From Octopus vulgaris (lineage: Eukaryota): a DNA stretch of 64,000 bases. The stretch spans positions 29,202,001-29,266,000 of the forward strand of contig OX597830.1 in assembly GCA_951406725.2 (NCBI GenBank). The letters are read 5' to 3'. A program made the translations under genes and the position numbers. Numbering within the stretch: the first letter of the stretch is position 1; the number at the start of each line of letters is the position of its first letter. The notes under the pieces are model-generated. The model saw only the letters and a list, made by a program, of their open reading frames with translations. It was not told the DNA's origin and ran no database searches. This document shows, in pieces, positions 54,617-64,000 of this stretch.

Positions 54617-55094
54617 AATAAAAACATGATGCCAAGGATATCGGTACATATATATATTAGACAGATTTATAACAATGCATAATGTATGTCTGTGGCCTTC
54701 TTCAGCCGCGCACAACAGCTTCCACAAGGACATGTGTTACATCGAAAATTCTTGGTTGGGGATGCAAATCCTCTCATTCGCGTACGACATAATGCGGCAA
54801 CAGCATAGAATTGAAGGCTGTTGCCGCATTATGTCGTACGCGAATGAGAGGATTTGCATCCCCAACCAAGAATTTTCGATGTAACACATGTCCTTGTGGA
54901 AGCTGTTGTGCGCGGCTGAAGAAGGCCACAGACATACATTATGCATTGTTATAAATCTGTCTAATAAAGGCCCGAAACATATGTACCGCTGAATCCTTGG
55001 CATCATGTTTTTATTTTGATCAATTTACTCCACCACCTACACCACCAAACGGTATACACATGTGCTTATAATTATCAAGTACTCACCCCGAATT
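54616..55094. mobile_element. Fold-back PLE-like element; arms ~190-200 bp
   Basis: Arms 54616-54804 and 54817-55016, 12-nt loop; 54655-54804 versus 54817-54966 appear identical; TA-flanked. Confidence 0.85.
54912..54989 (+). ncRNA. Type I hammerhead ribozyme
   Basis: Stem I gcgg/ccgc; CTGAAGA 54916-54922; stem II ggcc/ggcc plus acaga/tctgt; GAAAC-ATAT-GTA; predicted cleavage after 54985. Confidence 0.85.
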
Positions 55095-55304
55095 TATATA
55101 TATATATATGTATGTATACATATTCACACACACATGAGTTTAGGCTCCAATGATCTCTCAAACGGTGACGCGTAATGTTGATAGTGACAGTGGTGGTAGA
55201 TGTGGAGGTGACAGCGATAATGATGATGCTGTTGAAGATTACGATGACAATGAGCTGAGGACGATGACAAGAACTCTTATGGTGATGGATACGGAGATAC
55301 TTTT

Positions 55305-55440
55305 CGTTTCTTTTCTACTCTAGGCACAAGGCCCGAAATTTTGTGGGAGGAGCTCAGTCGATTAGATCCAGTACCCAACTGCTACTTAAGTTATCGACAC
55401 CGAAAGGATGAAAGGCAAAGTCGACCTCGGCTGAATTCGA
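55305..55440 (-). mobile_element. SINE group C, 3' part
   Basis: ccgaaaggatgaaaggcaaagtcgacctcggc is the reverse of the group C core. Confidence 0.8.
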
Positions 55441-56196
55441 TGGAGGGGTACGGAGATACTGTAGCTATCCCTGACGATGGTAGTGATAATGCTGATGATG
55501 ACGATGACTTCTATTATGTTGATGGTGATGGTGATGATGATAGATGATGATGATGATGATTATGATGATGATGATGATGATGGCGGCTGTGGTATTGATA
55601 ATGATTGTAACACTGATGTTGGCGGTTGCGACGATGGCTATCCTCATCGTGAATATAAAATTCCTCTGCGTCCTCCTCAAACATAGATCCCATCGTCGCT
55701 TTCGTCGCCATCTTCTGCGTGGCATCATCGTCGTCAGCGTCATCATTGTCATCGTCGCCGTCATCTTCTTTGTCGTGGCACTCATATTTATTTAAATGGT
55801 GTTGTTGTTTCTTTTTAAAGAGACTGCACTTTTTTTTTCTTTCTTTGCTGCAATAGTTATTGTTGTTGATGTTGTTTTTGTGGTTGCTGGCGAAGATGTC
55901 GGTAACGAGGCAGCAGACGCTTCAATACATCACTTTATTGCACTATTAGCCTGTTAAAATTCCAATACCATAATAGGTCTCTTACGTTGTTAATGTTTCT
56001 TCTGGTGTTGTATTTGATTTTTGTTGTTGTTGTTGCTGTTGTCATTGCAGCTTGGGGTTGTGATGTCATACTTGTTATTGTTTTTACCTTCATTTGCCTG
56101 CATTACTGTATGTATATCCATATGTATGTGCATCCATATTACTATATGTGATTCCATATTACGTATCATTGCCTGCGTCTTAATTGTAGCCGTAGA

Positions 56197-56515
<319 letters not shown>

Positions 56516-57030
56516 TCAATAATAGTAATAACACCAACAACATCATCAACAACAAGAATAATAATAGCATCGCTATTTAAATATAAAATTGAATCTTAAA
56601 TTTGCATTTATTTATATCAACCTTATTACTATTACAACGCTCTTCTTGACATTTTTCTTATTGTTGCCATAAATGTTGTTGTTGTTAATAATACTGTTTT
56701 TTTGTTTGTTTTTGTTTTTTTTTTGTAATATGTATCTATTTGTCGTTGTTGATTTTATAAATATAACCCTTCATCTCCAATTAAAGTTGGAAACATTCTC
56801 AGAAATTAGTCATAAATCTTAAATTGGCCACCATAAACAAGTAATTGAGAATGAGATGATGGAGTCATCCTACACTTGGCAAGCGATTGGTGATGTACAC
56901 ACAGCGAGGTGAACATGGAAATGTATGTGCACGTATGCATGTGTGTATATTAGAAAGCCGTATGGAGAAACTTTACACTGGTGCTTATGTGTAAGTAAAC
57001 ATTAAATGCATGTGTGTGTATGTATATATA

Positions 57031-57066
<36 letters not shown>

Positions 57067-57190
57067 TTGCCTAATAGTGGTTTTGTCTCTAATTTAATAT
57101 AATATATATATATATATATATGAACATAAATATGTATATATATATATCTGTTTTTATACATTTAGACATACATACAGACACACATAAATA

Positions 57191-57239
<49 letters not shown>

Positions 57240-57509
57240 GTGTGTGTGCGTGTGTGTGTGTTTATAAAAGAGGCTACATGCATACATTCTGATGTACACA
57301 CTCACAAACACACATGGGAATAGGGAATATATGCAGTGTTTTGATTAAATTTGATGATGTGCCCTTAGGTTCGCGAATAAGGGTCTGTATTGCAATATAT
57401 TTTAATGATATATTGATAGAAGTAGTATTTGATGAGCCAATAAGTAGGCTACTGGGCTGGCATTCGAAGGTAAATTACATAAGTTCGTTCCTTGCAAGAG
57501 CCGTGTGAT

Positions 57510-57670
57510 CGACTTTGTGGACAAAACGTATCTGTCACTTTTCCAACCACTTGGTTCCGGGTTCAAACCCATTGCGTGACACCTTTCATGCGTGTCGTCC
57601 ACTACAGGTTCGGGTTGATCAAAGCTTTAAAAATGGATTTAGTCGTGAGGAAACTGAAGAAAACACGGCG
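57510..57670 (+). mobile_element. Diverged SINE group A head
   Basis: ttccaaccacttggttccgggttcaaacccattgcgtgacacc...ggaaactgaagaaa. Confidence 0.55.
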
Positions 57671-57719
57671 TACATACATGCATACACACATATATGTATG
57701 TATCTCTCTCTACATATAT

Positions 57720-57785
<66 letters not shown>

Positions 57786-58253
57786 TTAACATTTTAACAT
57801 TAAAGTATAAAATAAAATAAATATGTTCTCTAATGGCCAGCATTAACTGCAGTAAATTATTTACTGCAGATTTTGTTTCCGGAACTTTAGCGCGCCAGAA
57901 CTAAGTCATTTGAAATTAACCCCAATGTAATCGGTAAAACTAAGCACGTGTCTGTATTTATACGGAAAACTGGTGGTTAGTTTTACAAATTACATTACCT
58001 GTGCAACGATCGCACTGACGAGCCTACGGACAAGGGATTACATAAGTGATTCATTCGTTAATAGGCGAAACCGCCGGTCTGTGAGTAATTCTGTTTTTTT
58101 ATATAATTTTCATCTGTCTTGCCCGCATATTATTCTGGTGTCCACTGAATTTTCCTCTAGAGAACATTCTTTTCTTTGTAGTTTGATCGTAGGTGATCTA
58201 CTTCTAGCATACGGCTGACCACCTAGTGGTTTTTTAACCCTTTAAATATACAC

Positions 58254-58294
<41 letters not shown>

Positions 58295-58319
58295 TATATA
58301 TATTTGTGTCCGTATAGGT

Positions 58320-58510
58320 GTGTTTATGTGTGAACCGTTGTTAATATGTTTACGTCCCCGGATTTTAGAGGTTCGGCATAAGTAAACAATAAATTAAGTA
58401 CCAGGCAGAAAAAATCATCAGTACGGGTGTCAGTTCGACCGACTAAAATTTCTTTAACGCCGTACCCGTTCATGACTGCAGTCTATTGATTGAGACAAGC
58501 AAATAATAAA
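58320..58510 (+). mobile_element. Diverged SINE group A tail
   Basis: gtttacgtccccgg...ggttcggca...taagtaccaggc...gactaaaa. Confidence 0.55.
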
Positions 58511-58601
58511 ATACAAAACACTTATGCACAATGTATTCGCATATACATGTGTTGTGATGTTTGTGTATGTGTGTTTCTGAGTGTATTTATGTAAGGTTAG
58601 T

Positions 58602-58965
58602 GGAGGCGCAATGGCCCAGTGGTTAGGGCAGCGGACTCTCGGTCATAGGATCGCGGTTTCGATTCCCAGACCGGGCGTTGTGAGTGTTTATTGAGCGAAA
58701 ACACCTAAAGCTCCACGAGGCTTCGGCAGGGGATGGTGGTGATCCCTGCTGTACTCTTTCACAACAACTTTCTCTCACTCTTACTTCCTGTTTCTGTTGT
58801 ACCTGTATTTCAAGGGGCCGGCCTTGTCACTCTCTGTGTCACGCTGAATATCCCCGAGAACTACGTTAAGGGTACACGTGTCTGTGGAGTGCTCAGCCAC
58901 TTACACGTTAATTTCACGAGCAGACTGTTCCGTTGATCGGATCAACCGGAACCCTCATCCTCGTA
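58602..58965 (+). mobile_element. tRNA-derived SINE group B, tail type 2
   Basis: ggaggcgcaatggcccagtggttagggcagcggactctcggtcataggatcgcggtttcgattccc head; near-identical to 61222-61555. Confidence 0.9.
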
Positions 58966-59114
58966 ATCCTCATGATCGGTTCACTTCTTTGCGCTTATGC
59001 GATTGCTAAATACTTGTTTCCCATTATAATGTAAAGAAGGAAATTGTAAAAATCTTGTTCAAAATATTAAGATAAGAAATATGTATATATGTACTGTGTA
59101 TATCTGCCTGAATG

Positions 59115-59160
<46 letters not shown>

Positions 59161-60477
59161 CTCTTCGATGTGAAGTGTGAATATCAGATTGTATAGATCC
59201 CTACGGATGTTTTTCACTAACATATATATCATATTTGATTTGATGGTAGTCATAATTCCTAATTTATATATGTTTTTAATTTCCCATACTTCATTGTGAT
59301 TATTTTCAATAGAAGATGTTGCAGGAATTCTAACGGGGAAAGCTTTGATAAACGAAAGTGAAGTGGACCCATTGCTCTGTTTATATAATTTCAACGATTT
59401 AAATTTCATAAAATTTCTGAACATGACAAATAATGACTTATGTGTATCCTGACTTAATATCGTCCTGTGATTAATAAAGAGAAAGATGAAATAGCTTAGC
59501 CAAATATTTGGTTTTGGAGTCTTTAATATTCTTTATTATTTTTCCTTTTAGTACATTTTATGTGAACTATACGACAGCAGACGTTGTTGTTTATCGCTGT
59601 TCACTTGTTAAATTAAATGTTAGGTTTGAAATTGTTTAACTCTGTCGACACATCCAAACTCAAATTCTATCGTAAGTACTAATGTTAATGAAAGGAAAAT
59701 CTATTTGAATAATTATGCATACTTACAGTATTAGAAAGCGATGAAGTCTTTCGGTGTACATTGAAAGTTCCAATTGACTTAAATTATTTGATATATCCTA
59801 TGTTTGTATACAAGAACATACACATGGTTGAGCAATTATTTAATTAGGGAATATGTATTTAAGTTAATATTCAGTTTCAGAATCACTACTGCAAACAGCT
59901 TCCAGGATTCTGCATTTCTTTAATATGCTGCTATTACTATGTATTTCATTAGTATTAGGATGCTAATGAAAGAATACTTTTCAATAATTTCCAACCTTGA
60001 ATGTAACAATACTCTGAATGTATTTATCTGTCGTAAAATTATGTAAAAGTTTAACGATACATTCTCAGATGTTATGCTTAGAATGTATGCTGGTTTATGC
60101 TAAATTACAGTATAAATGAATATCCGCCGTCCTCATAACACACTTAGTGTGGTAGTTCTGATAACATTTTACTCATCAAGACAACACTTGTGCTTAGCAA
60201 CATTATACAACTTGGGCATAAACACTAACACGTGCGCATACGCACACACATTCCTAAAGGTACACATAAAACAGCCTTAATTACACTTACACTATACGTC
60301 GCAGAATCGTGCTTTGCTGGTTAATGGTAAGCCGAGGCTCTGCTGATGGCGCTCATTACGGTAGAAACTCGTGTTCACAATTTTCCCTTCATCTTCAAGA
60401 AGAAAATGTTCTCAATTCTTTTGTAACAAATTCATTCAGAAGATAAGATGGTTTCTTGCGATTATGTTTTATACATA

Positions 60478-60893
60478 GGAGTGGCTGTGTGGTAAGTAGC
60501 TTGCTTACCAACCACATGGGTGCGGGTTCAGTCCCAGTGCGTGTCATCTTGGGCAAGTGTCTTCTGTTATAGCCCCGGGCCGACCAATGCCTTATGAGTG
60601 GATTTGGTAGACGTAAACTGTAAGAGGCCTATCGTATATATTTATATATATGTATATATGTGTATGTGTGTGCGTTTGTGTGTGTGTGTGTTTGTCCCCC
60701 TAGCATTGCTTGACAACCGATACTGGTGTGTTTACGTCTCCGTCACGTAGCGGTTCGGCAAAAGAGACCGATAGAATAAGTACTGGGCTTACAAAGAATA
60801 AGTCCCGGGGTCGATTTGTTCGATTAAAGGCCGTGCTCCAGCATGGCCGCAGTCAAATGACTGAAACAAGTAAAAGAGTAAGAGAGTAAAGAG
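60478..60893 (+). mobile_element. SINE group A, full length
   Basis: A box tggctgtgtgg, B box ggttcagtccc, cttgggcaagtgtctt core, internal (TA)/(TG) tract, tail with agagtaa repeats. Confidence 0.9.
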
Positions 60894-61221
60894 TATACAC
60901 ACATACACGCGCGCGCGCATATGCATATATCTGTTTGTGTCTCTGTGTATTATGAATTCACTGTCATGGTGGTATAAACAACCAGGTGTTAAAACGAATT
61001 CGTTATAGCGTAAAGCGTTAGAGTATGAACAAGACATGTAATCGTCATCACTAGTTTACAACTGTTTCTACCATGAGAAGCAGTACATAGAGATATCCTA
61101 TAGCTTACTGAGCGTCCTTAACCTTAAATCGTAACGATTCGAGAAAGCTGTATGGTGTTGCACAAGCACTCAAATCTGAATGCCGAACTGGCTCAGTCAG
61201 TTTTTGGATATGCTTATGTAA

Positions 61222-61555
61222 CAGAACAGCCTGCTCGTGAAATTAACGTGTAAGTGGCTGAGCACTCCACAGACACGTGCACCCTTAACGTAGTTCTCGG
61301 GGATATTCAGCGTGACACAGAGAGTGACAAGGCCGGCCCTTTGAAATACAAGTACAACAGAAACAGGAAGTAAGAGTGAGAGAAAGTTGTGGTGAAAGAG
61401 TACAGCAGGAATCACCACCATCCCCTGCCGGAGCCTCGTGGAGCTTTTAGGTGTTTTCGCTCAATAAACACTCACAACGCCCGGTCTGGGAATCGAAACC
61501 GCGATCCTATGACCGCGAGCCCGCTGCCCTAACCACTGGGCCATTGCGCCTCCAC
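61222..61555 (-). mobile_element. SINE group B, tail type 2, with a 14-bp TSD
   Basis: Flanked by the direct repeat atatgcttatgtaa at 61208-61221 and 61556-61569. Confidence 0.9.
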
Positions 61556-62033
61556 ATATGCTTATGTAAAACGCATTCGAAAGTTAAAGATTTAAAGAAA
61601 ATATTACAAACTGGGACACAGATCGGAGTATAGCAGGAGTATAGCGTTGAACTAGTACAGAACTTGCCAAATTTAAAAGTAAGCCATTTATTTTCATTTC
61701 CTTGGTTTAGAGCTGTATGGTTGTAGCAATTATTCATTAAAAATTTTAATTTGAAAATATTCATTTCTTGACTTATCCCACATACAAGCAATGACTGTTA
61801 AAGCTGCACTGCACATGTCTTTTTCATGCAAGTGCATAATTATATAGAAAAGATATAACAATAGCAACTAAATTAGAAGCGTTACGGAGGGTTCACAAGG
61901 CAACAACCAGCAAGCAACAGCTGTGCAAACAATTATCTGTAATTTTGGAAATAATTACAGCTTGCGTTTAATGTGTAACAGCTTCAGCTGCAGTAAAATT
62001 AATTAAGAAGCAACAAGCTAAAAAACATGGATA

Positions 62034-62442
62034 GGCGCAGGAGTGGTTGTGTGGTAAGTAGCTTGCTTACCAACCACATTGTTCTGGGTTCAGTCCCACT
62101 GCGTGGCACCTTGGGCAAGTGTTTGCTACTATGGCCTCGGGCCGACCAAAGCCTTGTGAGTGGATTTGAAAGACAGAAACTGAAAGAAGCCTGTCGTATG
62201 TATGTATATATATGTATATGTATGTGTGTGTATGTTTGTGTGTTTGTGTTTGTCCCCCCAACGTCGCTTGACAACCGATGCTGGTGTGTTCACGTCCCCC
62301 GTCACTTAGCGGTTCGGCAAAAAGAGACCGATATAATAAGTACCAGGCATACAAAGAATATGTCCTGGGGTCGATTTGCTCGACTACAGGCAGTGCTCCA
62401 ACATGGCCACAGTCAAGTGACTAAAACAAGTAAAAGAGAAAA
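62034..62442 (+). mobile_element. SINE group A, full length
   Basis: Colinear with 60478-60893. Confidence 0.9.
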
Positions 62443-62710
62443 GATTGTAATCGTATAGATGGTGAGAAAGCAAGCGTCCCATAAATTTCCAATATTCACT
62501 ACGCGGTAACGATACTCGTCCGTAATCCATTAAAAGGTGTATATCTACACAAGAAATATACATGGAATTCTGAATCATTAGAAGACTCGATACAGCGATC
62601 AGGCGTGAAAAATTAGATTGAAAAAGCTTTCTTCTTTCACATAATATAAGGAAAACTAAAATATCCCGCGCGGTAACTTTGAAAATATACTTTAGCCACT
62701 ATAGTTAATA

Positions 62711-63200
62711 TTGGGTTATCCCATACATAATGCGGTTTTTTTAACACTTCTTTTATGTTTCAAAATTAAGTTCAACAAAGACATTTGTTTATCTAAAATA
62801 GGCTCTCCTTCATTGTTTACAGTGCTCTTCCATCTATTTGGTAGACATGCAAGGCGCCTCTTCCAAATGTCACTTGTCTATGACGAAAAAATACACCTCC
62901 ATTACTATTCTGAACTCGTCTACAGAATTTAATATTTTTTCCATCCAAATGATTTTGAAACCTGCGGAATAAAGGATAATAACGAGACGAGGCAATGTCC
63001 AGCGAATATTGTGGGTGGGGCATCGTTTCTCATTCAAACTGCTCCAGCCTTTCGAATGTCGTCCTTCCTGTAAGTGACCGAGCATTATCCTGATAGAAGA
63101 ACACCTTTCGTCTTCAAACCAAAGATGGTCCTTTTTCTTCTCGCGCTGACTTAAGCCGCTGAAGTTGCTCGCATTACATCTCATTTGTTATCATTTGGTT
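62711..63200 (-). mobile_element. mariner 3' fragment (transposase C-terminus plus TIR)
   Basis: Minus frames give QDNARS..., MPHPQYSLDIASS (YSPDLAPSD motif), LFRRFQNHLDGK and LPNRWKSTVNNEG. Terminus TA|ttgggttatcccatacataatgcggttttt is mariner-TIR-like. Confidence 0.85.
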
Positions 63201-63606
63201 TGCGTTTAAAAGTCCAAAGTAGACTTAACCTTTCATATCCCACCAAACAACTAACAACACATTACGTGGATGAACTCTTACCTTTAAACTGGGGTGCCGG
63301 GGTTTCTCCATTCCCTACTAATTTTCTTGGTAAGACTTTGAGGACAATTGCTCCCGCGAACCAAAATAAAATATGGGATTTGCGTAGGGTCAAGGTTGGT
63401 AACACAATCATGACATACAATAAAACGAAACGAAACGTAGATAAGCAGGGAGGGCCGTTAGGCCAGAAGAGTTAAGGTAGTGAACGCTGGAAAAAGATTC
63501 TTTGATAAGATAAAAGAAAGGAGAGGAGACTGCGCGAGAGGGGGAAGAAAAAAGAAAGCTGACCCCGTGAAGAAAGGAAAGATGGACGAAGGTCATTTGT
63601 GAGCAA

Positions 63607-63648
<42 letters not shown>

Positions 63649-64000
63649 AAGGAGGAAGAGAGAGAGAGACATACAGATAAAAAGTGGTGAAGGGGAGAAA
63701 AAATTAGGGAAACCAAAATGAGAGACAGAGAAGGAGAGAGAGTGAAAGCAGTAAAAGATAGAGTCGCATCATATATATTAATAGAAACTTATTTGGAAAT
63801 GGATCCTGATATTGCTACCAACCTTTACCCTCCAAAAATACCAAATTTTATTTAGATTCGCGGGAACGGCTGCCTTCAAAGTCTTGTATTGTCGAAATAA
63901 GGAGTAGAAAGACAGCCGACAACTGATGAAGGGTTGTTTTTTATGATAAAGGGTCGTCCTTTATGTTACGTGACTTGTTTTTAGTTTGTGTCTCTCGTTC

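Noticed and set aside
54675-55006. Two ORFs with identical peptides on opposite strands
   Set aside because: Trivial consequence of the palindrome.
58602-58675. tRNA gene candidate (also the other SINE heads)
   Set aside because: Continues into a multi-copy SINE body; acceptor stem and terminator are not tRNA-like.
63915-64000. CTGATGA near the window end
   Set aside because: No matching GAAA/UH half visible before the window ends.

Overview
AT-rich, microsatellite-dense animal DNA, either intergenic or intronic. The SINE families resemble those I recall from Octopus (inference). I found no credible host protein-coding exon; nearly all listed ORFs are translations of (TA)n/(CA)n/(TATC)n/(ATT)n repeats or SINEs. 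The window is a transposon graveyard: three tRNA-like SINE groups, Helitrons (one with RepHel remnants), mariner/Tc1/pogo remnants, two restriction-like-endonuclease (RLE) non-LTR fragments sitting in simple repeats, and several Penelope-like element (PLE) relics. The most striking signal is a set of type I hammerhead ribozyme (HHR) motifs (CUGANGA...GAAAC-NNNN-GUH, usually with a self-complementary loop III). One lies downstream of a GIY-YIG endonuclease remnant (5514-5595). The others lie in three long, near-perfect fold-back palindromes inserted in (TA)n (46591-47464, 47504-47825, 54616-55016). Two palindromes carry an intact-looking ribozyme on both strands; in the third the mirror copy has lost its GAAAC core. 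Additional degenerate or non-canonical HHR-like motifs and a 332-bp retrozyme-like dimer are also present. All coordinates, folds and translations were read by eye.
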